A stretch of 64,000 nucleotides of DNA from Octopus sinensis (GCF_006345805.1 NC_042997.1:90210001-90274000), one strand, 5' to 3'. Shown: positions 11,091-23,425, counted from the stretch's first letter. Made by a program: numbers and translations. The notes: a model not told the origin generated them from the sequence alone.

Positions 11091-12274
11091 CAGGCATGCA
11101 GGAAGTAAAGAGACACCTTTAATTTTCTAAATCAAACAATTGAAATATAATCGATAGGTAGGACTACATACTTTAGTATTTAGTTGACATTCCTTTTGCA
11201 GTTTTTAATTCAGAAACTCTTTTTGGCAACTGATGAGTTTTGTGATTGTCTCTTGTAGAATTTCTGCCACTTTTCACGCAACAATCAAAACAATTCATCT
11301 TTAGATTTATGCTTTTGTCGAGTTTTTCGTATAGCTCTATCTAGTATGCTCCAAAGATTTTCAATTGGGTTCATGTCAGGTGATTGGTTCGGCCAAAGAA
11401 GCTTTCTGATCCCATTTTCAGTCAACCATTGTTGTTTCCTTTTCGCTGTGTGGAATGGAGCCCCATCTTCCATGAATAAAAACTCATTTTTCGTTATGCT
11501 ATCGTGTGAATACATCGGAAGTAGTCCTTGCTTAAGTATTTCGATGTAGATTTCAGAGTTTATGGTTTCAATACATTCGATCAGCTCAGAACGACCATTG
11601 CTGGTGACAGCTCCCCATACCATTACAGAGATACTGCCATGTTTCACAGTTGGTTGGAGTCGTTTCAAATCAAATTCTTGATTGGGAATCCTCCAGACCC
11701 AAACACGTCCACTGTCTGAATTTAATGTAAATCTGGATTCATCTAAGAAAATAACTCTATCCCAAAATAAACTGGACTTTTCTGACATCTCCTAAGCCCA
11801 TTTCTTTCTTTTCATGATATTAATTGGTTGAAGGAGAGGTTTCTTCTAGCTGCTCGTCCATAATAACCAAGCTTATGCAGATATGTAACACGCGTTCTTG
11901 GACTAACTTCTAACTGTTTTGCAATGTCAGAAGCCTACGAATGGGGTTTGTTTTCCACAATTCTCTTCCGCATGGCTTTTGAATTGTACTATAATTCTAT
12001 TGACAGTAGCAAGAGGAATTTGAAGATTTTCGGCAACTTTTCGCTGGCCAAGTCTCGCCTCAGATTGCCCAACAATACGACCTCTTTGAAAATCTGACAG
12101 TTCTGCTAAATGTTTTGTACGTGGCATGGTTACTCTTCGCAAATGTTTAATATAATGGCACTTGGCACGAAAAAGAATAATTACATTGTAAATTTTAACG
12201 GCTGAAAACATATTAAGACGCTTAGATGAGAAATTTAAAAAATTTAAGTTGTCTATTTACTTCCTGCATGTCTG
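11091..12274 (-). mobile_element. Tc1-like DNA transposon (DD34E), nearly complete but decayed
   Basis: ~42-bp imperfect TIRs: caggcatgcaggaagtaaagagacacc at 11091 and its complement ending at 12274. TA precedes the left TIR. Confidence 0.93.
11200..12127 (-). pseudogene. Tc1 transposase pseudogene
   Basis: MPRTKHLAELSDFQRGRIVG (HTH region), FLDESRF, FMEDGAPFH and SPDMNPIENLW, with exactly 34 residues between the second D and the E. It has a stop, a frameshift and an internal deletion. Confidence 0.9.
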
Positions 12275-12403
12275 TGTACATGTATGTGTATGTATGTATG
12301 TATGTATGTATGTATGTATGTATGTATGTATGTATGTATGTATGTGTGTATATATGTGTGTGTGTGTATGTGTGTGTATGTATGTATGTATGTATGTATA
12401 TAT

Positions 12404-12469
<66 letters not shown>

Positions 12470-12720
12470 TAGTTCAAATTTACAGAAAACACAAGACGAA
12501 GATAGGAGTATAAACAACAACCCGGTGTATTCATTTAACACTCGGGAAGAAAGGAAAAGTCTTTGACGTTTCGAGCCTACGCTCTTCGACAGAAAACGTT
12601 TAGAAGAGAAAAAACAGAGAAAAACGGGGGGAAACGGAGAAGAAAAATGTGTGGGGATTAACGGTTCAACATGATGAAGTGGTCGAAAGAAAGAGGTTTG
12701 AGTGAAAGAGAGATAATAAC
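12470..12720 (-). mobile_element. Penelope-like terminal-repeat remnant
   Basis: Carries a minimal hammerhead motif and shares its downstream sequence (acttttcc..ttcccgag.gtta..aataca..ttgttgt..ac..ct.tcttcgtctt) with 21420-21500. It ends in a TA array. Confidence 0.65.
12561..12596 (-). ncRNA. Minimal type I hammerhead-like motif, A6U core variant
   Basis: UUUU-CUGUCGA-A-GAGC-guag-GCUC-GAAA-CGUC-AAAG. Helix II is a perfect 4 bp, helix III is the palindrome ACGU, and the predicted GUC site is at 12565. Confidence 0.6.
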
Positions 12721-13244
12721 GGTGACCCGGACGAACTAAATTGCGCAAGTGCGTGTGTAAGAATGGCGTGTGAGTGTATATGTGAATGGGGGCAAATGCA
12801 TGAGTATGTATGTATGTATGTATGTATGTATGTATGTATGTATGTATGTATATACGTATGTATGTATGTATGTGTGTGTATGTATGTATGTATGTATGTA
12901 TGTATGGGGAGCTTGAAATTATGTGAGCTTGTGCGTGTGTGTGTGTGTGTGTGTGTGTTCATAAGTAACCTAGCGTAAAATTTTGTGGAGTGATATGCGT
13001 TTCATGTACTACTGTGAGTGTGCGACTGAACATATATATTGTACGAACTTTTTCCACCTTGCAAGGGTAATTTAACCATTATTTTTGCTGTTCCAACATA
13101 ACATTATTTCTGCTGTTATTTTCGAAAAAAAAATCTTTTTGTTTGTACCGTAGAATACACGTTCGAACGCTTCTAATAAAGACAAATATAAGTTTGTTTA
13201 CTCACACACGCACGCGCACACACACACAGACACACACACACACA

Positions 13245-13283
<39 letters not shown>

Positions 13284-13532
13284 CAAGACAGGTAACGGGA
13301 AATGTCTTGCTATCCCTTTTGATATTAATAATAAATAATACCAACAAATTTCTAATTTCCTATTTCGTTATACAATAACTTTGCATTTAATATTTCCATT
13401 ATTTTCAATTTTAATAAGTATTTTTGAACTAATATGTAGCAAAAATTAAAGTTGCATAATGGATTGTAATAATGGAATAAGCAGATGTGCTTCAAGAGGA
13501 AAACAGGTGAGGTTTACCAAACTACCTACACC

Positions 13533-13574
<42 letters not shown>

Positions 13575-13629
13575 GTAAGCGTCGAACGATGAAATGAGTG
13601 TTCAACTCTGCATTGGTAGATATATAATA

Positions 13630-13814
13630 TCTTTATATGTGAATTAAGGCTCCCATTGCTTTTATGTTAAGAGAAGTAGGAAAATATTCTAATGTCATTA
13701 TAATTTTTCACACCTTTCTCCATGTGATCGGCTTGAAGAATTGTTAAGACACTAGGATATTTTCCTACTTTTCTTAACATGAAACCAATGGTAGCTTTAA
13801 TTCACAAATAAAGA
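13630..13814. mobile_element. MITE-like fold-back element
   Basis: 62-bp inverted arms with 7 mismatches (tctttatatgtgaattaaggctcccattgc... vs ...ccaatggtagctttaattcacaaataaaga), flanked by TA. Confidence 0.7.
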
Positions 13815-14212
13815 ATATATATATATATATATATATATGAATATTTAAAACAAGGTTGCGAGCAAATGACAATCTCCGTTCAATTATCGACTTCAAAAAT
13901 ACAATACTGAAACGAAACTTTGTCAGTTTCATTTTATCACAATATTTCTTCAGTCGTGTGTGTGTGTGTGTGTGTGTGTGCTCGCGCGCGTGTATGCATT
14001 TATGTGTGTTTGCGTATGTATGTATATATGCAAGTAGATTCGTACATATGTGCATGTAATTATATAGGTCTCTTGCGCGTGCTACTCATAGCATGTATAC
14101 CAGTACAACTTGTTACATGGCTGTCAAGCTTCTGAACGCCTCGCATGATAATCAAAATCTGCGAAGGGATGGATAAACTAGGGTGAGTCGATGACCAACC
14201 TATAACGTGTCG

Positions 14213-15190
14213 CAGGCATGGTTGTATGGTTAAGAAGCTCGCAACTCATTTCTGTAGCTGAGTGAACTGGAGCAATGTGAAATAAGATGTCTTGCCCAAG
14301 AACACAACATGATTGTGAGGCCGATGCTCTAACCACTGAGCTATACACCTTCACGGTCGATAATGTACAGGCTTAGCAGTGTGGAAAGAAACTTGCTTTC
14401 CAACTACATGGTTCCAGGTTCAGCCCCATTGCGTGGTACCTTGGGCAGTTGTCTTCTAATATAGCATTGGACTGACCAAAGCCTTGTGAGTGGATTTGGT
14501 AGACGGGAACTGTAAGAATCCCATCGTGTATATATGTGTATATATGTATGTATATTTATTTGTGTGTGTCTCTGTTTATCATCCCACCATCGCTAGACAA
14601 CCGTGTGTTTACCACCCCGTAACTTGCGGTTCAGCAAAAGAGACGCTTAACAAGTACTAAGCTTACAAAGAATAGGTCCTAGGGTCGATTTCTTCGACTA
14701 ACACCGTTTAAGGCGGTGCTCTAGCATGGCGGCAGTCAAATGACTGAAACAAGTAAAAGAATAAAAGAAAGTTAAAGAAAAAGAATATATATGTATAGCA
14801 CACCGTCAGTTACCACAACGAGTGTTCCAGTTGATCTGATCGACGGAACATCTCCTGCTCCTCAGATTAACGTGCAAATAGCTAAGCGCTCCACAGACAC
14901 ACGTACCTTCAACGTAGTTCTCAAGGAGATACGGCGTGACACAGGATGTGACAAGGCTGACCCTTTGAAATACAGGTACTGCTCAATTTTGCCAGGTAAG
15001 TGGACTGGAACAACGTGAAATAAAATGTCTTGCTCAAGGACATAACGAGCCATCGGGGTATCGAACTCACGACTTTGACTGCTCCCAAGATTTGCAATCG
15101 GTGTTGATTTGTACGACTGAAACCTTTCGAGGTGGTGTCTCAGCATGGCCACAGTCCAATGACTGGAACACATAAAAAATAAAAAATGAG
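14213..15190. mobile_element. SINE cluster (family A + at ~14365-14765; family C - at ~14240-14350 and ~14790-15070; family A tail at ~15095-15185)
   Basis: Similarity to the other in-window copies. Confidence 0.8.
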
Positions 15191-15339
15191 TGCGTGTGTG
15201 TCTGTGCATTTACATGCACATGGAAATACACATGAGATAAGAAAACTTTTACTTCAATCCTGGCAGTGCATGTACGTATGTGTAAACATTCATACAGCGT
15301 CACAGAACCCACAAGCAAATAGCGACATACAGAGATTTT

Positions 15340-15650
15340 ATATTTGTTCCTTCTTGAGCCATGCCTGGCTCATAAGGACCGGTTTCCCGGTTTCCTTGGC
15401 GTATAGGTTCCCCACCCGGACGGGACGCCGGTCCGTCGTTGGTGAGCTGCAAGATGCAAGATGCAGGAGGAAAGAGTGAAAGAAAGTTGTGGCGAAAGAG
15501 TCAGCAGAAGTTCGCCATTACCTTCTGCCGGTACCGCGCGGAGCTTAGGTGTTTCGCTCATAAACACACACATCGCCCGGTCTGAGATTCGGACCCGCGA
15601 TCTCTCGAGTGCGAGTCCGCTGCTCTAACCACTAGGCTATGTTCCTGCAC
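15340..15650 (-). mobile_element. SINE with a family B-like head and a different 3' tail
   Basis: The head resembles 10086. The tail (cggacgggacgccggtccgtcg..ccggtttcccggtttc..gagcca) resembles 62770-62870 instead. Confidence 0.7.
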
Positions 15651-16859
15651 ACAGAGATTCTATTGTTATATTTAAATATTTTTCATAAGGAAGTTCATTG
15701 AAAATGGCGAGAATACTCTTAGTGAAGACGAAATGAACATCTGCAGGGCAGTAGAATTATTCTAACACTTAGTTAGGTTCCGTTTCCGACCAACAGCCAA
15801 ATGCCTTTTTATAGCAATAAATGGCGACGAATGTCTTCGTACTTTTAATTCGAAAACCACAGTGGGGGTCTGACTTTTCCGGACCATTAATATAATTCAC
15901 TCTACTCTCTGCATTGAACAATAAGTAATTACTTTTATTCCATCACTGCTTATCTCCAAAACCCCCTCCCCCCAAAAAACCAAAAAAAAAAAAAACAAAA
16001 GATAGAGAGAATAGAAAACATGTGAATGATAAAAACGATATTATATATAATTACACATGAAAACATGTATGTATGCACGCGTGAGTAACTGTTACGTGAC
16101 TATTCCAATATATGTGTATAAAAGTATGCGTATGTCTGCGCGAGCATATAATTTCCATTTTATGATACGTATATGCATTACATGCATTTATTTGCTTTTA
16201 TAACGACGCTGATATCTTTTATATCTTCAGATATCACTGCTCAGATATCCTTTCGTCTATGATATGATAAATAGCTTGTCGATGGCATGTTATATAGCTC
16301 GAAGCATGTTATATAGCTCGAGGCATGTTATTACTGCTGGAGAATTTAATACACGCATATTTGTTTTCAGCCAGATTGCTTGACGCATTTGTCCTCGTTT
16401 TCACTTGATGGACGAACGTGTAATGTTACTTAATACGTTTCTATTGAACATAGAAGATAGTGAGTGGTTAATGGTGGTAACAAAAACGGAGGTGGATGGT
16501 ATGTGGTGTGGTTAGTAGTGGTGGTGGTAGTGGTGGTGGTGGTGGCGTTAATGGAGGACGGTGTAGTGGTGGTAGTAATGGTATAATACAATAGAATTAC
16601 TTAGTGTTAACGACGGTAGTGCTCGACGAAGAAATAAAATCGTTCCAGCCATTACCAGCGCTTCTTATTTTCAAGTAAAGTATATTCCCGAACAACATTA
16701 TCCTTCTTGGGTCCCTTTTTCTTAAAACGATTGGGTTTGGATTGAAGAGATTTTAGCAGTTATTTCTTGCGGATGGAATGACTATTAAGAGGCTGTATGT
16801 TTGGGTTCGTGGTTGTGTTTGTACTGTGGTTGATATTGGCAGTGATACTAATAGCTCTT

Positions 16860-17045
16860 TCTACTATAGGTGCAAGGCCTGAATTTTTGTGGCGTGGAGT
16901 AAGTCGATTACATCGATCCAAGTGCTCAACTGGTACTTATTAAAAGGACAACTGGCAAAGTTGAACTCAGAATGTAAAGAGCCAGAAGAAATGTTGCAAA
17001 GCATTTTGTCCGGCGAGGTAACGATTCTGTCAGCTTGCTGCCTTG
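16860..17045 (-). mobile_element. Decayed family D SINE
   Basis: aagtcgattacatcga..aactggtactta..gaactcagaatgtaa..gcattttgtccggcg. Confidence 0.75.
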
Positions 17046-17215
17046 ACTGTAGTATTAGCAGTGTCGAGAGAGGTATCAATGTGAATATAACTCCAAGGAA
17101 ACTATAATCGAGGAAAAACATACCACCCGTGGCAATCTTGTCAATTTTTTTAATATCCAGAATGGTAATACCTCGGATCAGCTGTTGTGGTGTGTATTTT
17201 ATCACACTAGCGCAA

Positions 17216-17436
17216 TACGATGGGGTGCTGAAAAGTTCTTGGCTTTAAGGGTGTCGCAAAAGGCCTGGTTGGGGGTCCAACCTCCGAGTTCTTTAGTGGG
17301 TTTAGAAAAACTGAAGGACCGCTGCAATAAATGTGTGAATCTGAGAGGGGAATATGTTGAATAAAATCATAATTAACTGATTCTCCTATATTTTCTTTTA
17401 CCCAAAGCCAGGAACTTTTCAGCATCCACTCGCATA
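17216..17436 (+). mobile_element. Internally deleted mariner (MITE-sized)
   Basis: ~30-bp TIRs (cgatggggtgctgaaaagttcttggcttt / aaagccaggaacttttcagcatccactcg). The interior keeps the transposase C-terminus GLEKLKDRCNKCVNLRGEYVE*. Confidence 0.85.
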
Positions 17437-17564
17437 TGGTTTATCCCAGATAAGTTAACCTCCCACTATCGCATACGCGACTCTTAGAGCTAACAGTACA
17501 AACTGACATGTTCATGAGGCTCTTAAAAATTGGGCTTTTGACGATTCTGTTATTGTTGTTGTTT

Positions 17565-18230
17565 GTGGAGGCGCGTAGCTTAATGGTTTGGTTATTGAGC
17601 TGCTCACAATCGTGAGGTCGTGTGTTCGATGTCCGGCAGCGCGTTGTGTCCTTGAGCAAGATATTTTATTTCACATTGCTCCAGTTCACTCATCTGGCAA
17701 AAAGTTAGTAGTACTTGTATTTCAAAGGGCCTGTCTTGTGACATCCTGTGTCACGCCGAATCTCCCTTAGAACTACGTTAGGGGCATGCCTGTTCTGTGG
17801 AGTGCTCAGCCACTTGCATGTTAATTTCCCAAGCAGGCTGTTCTGGTGATTGGATCAACTGGAACCCTATTCGTTGTAACCGACGGAGAGCCAGTTTTTA
17901 TTGTTGTTGTTAGAAAGGACCTATGAACAATAGGATATTCGGCTCACGATCGTAAGGTCGCGTTCAATTCCCGGTACCGCGTTGTCTCCTGGAGCAAGGT
18001 ACTTTATTTCACGCTGCTAGTCCACTCAGCTGGCAAAAATGAGTAGTACCTGTATTTTAAAGGGTCATCCTTGTCACATTCTGTGTCACGCTGAATCTCC
18101 CTCAGAATTACGTTAAGGACGCGCGTGTCTGTGGAGTGCTTAGCCACATTTGCACGTTAATTTCACGAGCTGGTTGTTCCCTTGATCGGATCAACTGGAA
18201 CGCTCGTCGTCGTAGCCGACGGAGTGCCAT
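17565..18230 (+). mobile_element. Two tandem family C SINEs (CORE-like central segment)
   Basis: Both carry gttgtgtccttgagcaag..ttatttcac.ttgctccagt.cactcagctggcaaaaatgagtagtac and the same 3' tail ending in gatcaactggaac..tcgt.gtaaccgacggag.gcc. Confidence 0.85.
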
Positions 18231-18430
18231 AGCGAAATCGGGTTCGTTGGATAATATCCATAGTCTCCGTTGGTCGCGATTGGAAAACCAGCCGGAAACA
18301 CGAATGACGATTACTGCAGATACGACCATATGGAGGATGTGCATGCGAACCCCCACGACTCTCCCAGAAATAACGGCAAGAGAAGATGGATGTATGGATG
18401 GATTAGATATCTAATACTACATACATAATC

Positions 18431-18978
18431 CAATGGGTAGAATTCTGGTTTAAATACCCCCATATACCTTTTCATAACTAAGAACCCCATGTAACCCCTC
18501 ATAACTTTTTCATTTTTACGAATTTTCAGAAATTTTTTGCAAATTTGTGTTCTACATACTGAAATTCATACAGTTATGAGAAAGAAATTCTTTCAAAAAT
18601 TTTTATTTCCTCCTTCCTCCGGCTCCTAAAAGTTCCTCAATTTTTCGATTATTTGTTTCAAAACCAGTGTTTAAAATACATACTATCTGAATTTTTTTTT
18701 TGCTTAAATCCCAGCAATGTTCCACCCATGGGTGCATCATCACTCCATTAAATATGTTTATGAGGTGAAAATATTGAAAAAAAATCAATACATGTTCGAG
18801 TGAAAAAGACACGAAGAAGGTATCTGGTGGTCGTGAAATGTGCTAAAAATAACAGCTACACCGCCCTTAAATCACACACAAAATTTCTTTTCAATGGTAT
18901 TACTTGCCGTGAAAATTCCAAAAATAAAGTTGTGAAGGGTTATACGGAATGCTTAAACCAGAATTCTGGCATCCATTG
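18431..18978. mobile_element. Non-autonomous DNA transposon (MITE-like) with ~50-bp imperfect TIRs
   Basis: caatgggtagaattctggtttaaatacccccatataccttttcataact vs agttgtgaagggttatacggaatgcttaaaccagaattctggcatccattg. No TSD visible. Confidence 0.65.
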
Positions 18979-19097
18979 TTGTCTCAGATATAATTTTAAA
19001 GATAGTAGAAGCGGCAGAAGAAACATAAAGAAACTAAACTGTGTTTAGTGGCTGTAGCATGATGGTGAGTAAATATTTGTGAGTAAATATTTGTAAA

Positions 19098-19332
19098 TTC
19101 CTTCTTCTTCTTCTTCTTCTTCTTCTTCTTCTTCTTCTTCTTCTTCTTCTTCTTCTTCTTCTTCTTTCTTCTTCTTCTCTCCTCCTCCTCCTCCTCCTCC
19201 TCCTCCTCCTCCTCCTCCTCTTCTTCTCTTCTTCTTCTTCTTCTTCTCCTCCTCCTCCTCCTCCTCTCCTCCTCCTCCTCCTCTTCTTCTTCTTCTTCTT
19301 CTCTCTCCTCCTCCTCCTCCTCCCTTCCCCCG
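19098..19332. repeat. (CTT)n/(CCT)n polypyrimidine-polypurine tract
   Basis: Directly visible. Confidence 0.95.
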
Positions 19333-19544
19333 CATCTAATTTTCGTAACCTTCGATATTCTTCAAATATGGATCAACGCGACCTTATAACACAAAACACC
19401 GCAACAACCTAGCACAGCACCTCTCTTTGATACCGTCACCCCACTATTCAATCTTTCTACACCCACCTCCTCCTCCCAACTCGTACACTACACCACCATG
19501 CTTCCACCTCATCATCTCTTATACACCCCCACCATATATATATA

Positions 19545-19714
19545 TTATATATATATGTATATGTATGTATGCATATGTATATGTATGTATGTATATGTAT
19601 GTTTGCATATGTATATGTATGTATGTACTTCTTACCAACCTATCCAACCTATCCATGATTTTCTGTCACACAATACACAGTGTGTATGAGTGTATGTGTG
19701 GTGTATATATATAT

Positions 19715-19761
<47 letters not shown>

Positions 19762-19846
19762 ATATATATAATATACATATAATATATATATATATATATG
19801 TAAATATATACATATACATACATATATATATATATAAATATATACA

Positions 19847-19900
<54 letters not shown>

Positions 19901-19909
19901 CATATATAT

Positions 19910-19956
<47 letters not shown>

Positions 19957-19966
19957 CACACACACT

Positions 19967-20000
<34 letters not shown>

Positions 20001-20769
20001 TGTATGTATATATTCATACATTCATACATACCTACAATCATACAACATACTCATATCATTCATCAATCATCTGATCTCATTCTCCCCCTCCTCTGTATCC
20101 CTCCTCTCTCTTTCCCTCTCTCTCACTCACCCTCTTCGTATTTCTATCCTCTCTACCTATCATCGTGTCTCTAACAGAGTTTTAATTATACCATAGGGAG
20201 GTTTCTTCACAACCACCGCCACCACCACTACCACCACCACCACTTCGAATTTAGCTACAATTTCTTATTAATTAGAGCGCCAGTTTGTCTGGCATCCGAG
20301 GGTGAGTGGATGGGATTCGATACCTAAGAAACAACGACAAACCCCTATTGTATTTTTTCCCTATTTTTTTCTTTGGTTTTCTTCTTTCGTTGTCTGCATT
20401 TGTCCGGGGTCATGTTCTAGAGATTGATGACAAGGCTCAGGTTAAAGAGACGTGCATAAATTAGTGACACAAAATACTAATTTTTCTTCCTTAATTTCTA
20501 TTTGGTTTTGTTCTGTTTCTTCTTCTTTCTTTGTTGTTGTTGTTAATCTTTTTCATAGATGATACGCAAAGGATTTAAAGTAAACAAACAAACAAATAAT
20601 GTTTTGATATTATTTTCCATGTTGCGGTTGATGTACTTGCTTTTTGTGATATTGTTGCTGCATATTGTTTTTATATCCCGTCGGTAGCCAGTCAGCCTTG
20701 CAGAGTACAAGACACACACACACACACACACACACAACACACACACACACACACACCACACACACACAC

Positions 20770-20863
<94 letters not shown>

Positions 20864-20993
20864 CGCACATATTGTTTACGTCTGAAGATGTAGATTCGAT
20901 TCCTACGAGCAGCATTCGACTTTTCTTACCTGAAAGAATTTTAATTCAATATTTACATATAATTACATCTGTATACGTACGTACGTACATACA

Positions 20994-21027
<34 letters not shown>

Positions 21028-21077
21028 CATACATACATACACACATACATACATACATACATACATACATACATACA

Positions 21078-21105
<28 letters not shown>
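19545..21105. repeat. Series of (TA)n, (CA)n and (CATA)n microsatellites with short unique spacers
   Basis: Arrays at about 19545-20050, 20710-20860 and 20985-21105. Confidence 0.9.
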
Positions 21106-21108
<3 letters not shown>

Positions 21109-21109
21109 T

Positions 21110-21500
21110 CTCCCCATATATTACACGCTCACGTGGTCGCACCAGTTGATCCTGTCTCCTCTCATCCCCCACGAACGTCTACTGGACTTTCTACACTTCA
21201 ACTGCACTTCTCCTGCCTATGGATTACAATAGACTCCTCAGTTGAAAAATCGCTCCAATACACCACAAGTCTGAAGATTTTGAACCTTTTGAACTTTTCA
21301 TAACTTTTTTTATAGTTTCTAAACTTTTTTTTGTCCATGATAGATCGTGAACCACTACATATTCTTTATTTTCTCTCCTTGTTTCTTTCTGTGTTCCTTT
21401 CTGTAGAAGAGCGTAGGCTCGAAACATTAAAAACTTTTTCACTTCCCGAGCGTTATACTAATACATCTGTTTGTTGTCTACACCACCTGTCTTCGTCTTT
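21110..21500 (+). mobile_element. Penelope-like element 3' remnant
   Basis: A weak GIY-YIG C-terminal-like stretch (DPVSSH..STG..LQLHFSCL..EKSL), followed by the same hammerhead-containing terminal sequence as 12470-12720. Confidence 0.55.
21397..21432 (+). ncRNA. Decayed minimal hammerhead-like motif, A6U variant
   Basis: CUUU-CUGUAGA-A-GAGC-guag-GCUC-GAAA-CAUU-AAAA. Helix II is identical to the 12561 copy; helix III is broken by G>A. Confidence 0.5.
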
Positions 21501-21554
21501 TTTTTTTTTGCGAATTCTCCCTCCCCCTCCCTCCCTCCCTCCCTACATACATAC

Positions 21555-21800
21555 ATACATGCAACCTGTTTGGAGTTAAACATGGCTGAACTTGGTATCT
21601 CGGGGGAAGAATGTAAATTTTTAATTCATATGCTAAAAATGATCATGATATCTGGGAATATAACAATTTGCAAGACCTTCTTACGATTTAAAGGATGATG
21701 GTTAAAACAAGATACTTTCCTTCACAACCTTGCTACCAAATAGGTGGCTGGTCAAGATTTACTCTAAAACTAGAAAGAGATAGAGAAAAACATACATACA

Positions 21801-21832
<32 letters not shown>

Positions 21833-22430
21833 CATACATACATACATACATACATACATACATACATACATACATACATACATACATACATGCGTACGTA
21901 CCTACGTACACATTTTCAGTTTCATACCTATTATCATTGGAGCAACAGGATACATATCAACCTATCTGGTGCAAAGTATAACTGAACTTGGTATCCTCGG
22001 AAAATAATTTAAATCTATAATTCATATGCTAAAAGTCTTCACGATATCTGGGACTATAACAATCTCCAAGTCTTCCTAAGATTTAAAAGCTGGTAGTTAA
22101 AACAAGATACTTTCCTTCACTACCTTGCTACCAAATAGGGAGCCGGTCAAAATTTACTCTAAAATTAAAAAGAGAAAGGAAACATACATGCTTCAGGTTA
22201 TATACCAAATCGGCCTGGAACGAGGTATGACTGAATTTGGAAATGTGGGGACTTAATTCATATGCTGCAAATGGCTGCAATTTCTGGAACTTCGACATTT
22301 GTAAAACGTTCCTACGATACAAAGGATGAACACTTAATCATGAGATGTTGACAATTTCCTTTTTACGACCTTGCCACCAGGAAGTTTGCCGGTTCAAAAT
22401 AAACTAAAAGAGACAAAGTGAACATACATA
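21555..22430 (+). repeat. Three diverged tandem copies of a ~210-235-bp unit, each ending in (CATA)n
   Basis: Shared ctgaa.ttgg...aattcatatgct..aa...atctgg.a.t..aca.t...aag...tt.c...gattt.aa.g....ttaaaacaagat...ccttgc.acca...gc.ggt.aa, starting at 21586, 21982 and 22231. Confidence 0.85.
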
Positions 22431-22454
22431 CATACATACATACATACATACATA

Positions 22455-23425
22455 CATACATTGAAATTTTCCGAGAAAAAACTTTGGCTTTGAAGGACTC
22501 TCTCGAGGAGAGAGTATTCTCTACCAAAGTAAGTAAAAAAACACCAGATACGGTATTAAAAGCTGCTAACAAAATTGGTGATGATTATTTACAACAGTGT
22601 GATAAACCCACACACTGGCAGATTAACGCTTGTCTATATGCACTGGATACTACTGTAAAACAGTACGTGAATGATATTCAAAAAGTAGACAAAACCGAAA
22701 TAACAAAGAAAGTACAATCATGGGTTACGAAGACAGAGAAAAAGATAACTGGTTTACGGAAGACCATCGGTCACGTAATGATGCTCATCGTATGCAAACA
22801 TGCAAATCACTATACGTCCCACCAACAGAAAGTAAAGAGGAGATAGAAATGATGTTGGGAGACAGCAAAAAGAGGACACTCACTTATAAACTGATTATCC
22901 TAAAGCAAGAGCTAAAAGCTGTCAGTGAAAAACTCCGACGTCAGAAGAGAATAACCGACAGAAGAACAATAAGCAAAAATTTAACCGCAACCAGGCAGCA
23001 ATGTACAGAGACATGAGAGGAGGAGCAATAAATATCACGGAAGCTCCTTCACGAGAAGACATAAACCCCTAGAGGTAAATCTGAAGTGAAGAGAATGAAT
23101 TTAACCAAGATGCTTCGTGGCTGGAAGAAATCCGAATAAGTTATTGCTCCTGCGTTACATCCAAGACATAGAACATTGGCATAACACTCTTACAACTGTA
23201 ATACAGAAACTCCAGGATGGAAAACCCCCTGGAAGTGACTTGATTGCTGGATATTGGTACAAGAGGCTAACATTCTACCGATAATATCTTACCAATCTGT
23301 ACCAGCAAACTTTCATTGGGAACAGTAGCATACCAGAATGGTTAGCTCTGGCAAAGACAAAATTGATCCCCAAATGCAGAACCACCCACATGGCAAAAAA
23401 CTACCGGTCAGTTGCATGCCAACAA
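22455..23425 (+). mobile_element. R4/Dong-like non-LTR retrotransposon internal fragment (pre-RT region and RT N-terminus)
   Basis: WVTKTEKKITGLRKTIGH..LKQELKAVSEKLRRQKRITDRR, then KLQDGKPPGSDLIAGYWYKRL..IPEWLALAKTKLIPK..KNYRSVAC. Multiple stops and frameshifts. Confidence 0.8.

Noticed and set aside
21555-22430. CRISPR-like or other spacer-repeat array
   Set aside because: Units are ~220 bp and diverged, with no short constant repeat plus unique spacers, no cas genes, and a eukaryotic context. The same applies to the 16-bp and 19-bp tandem repeats.
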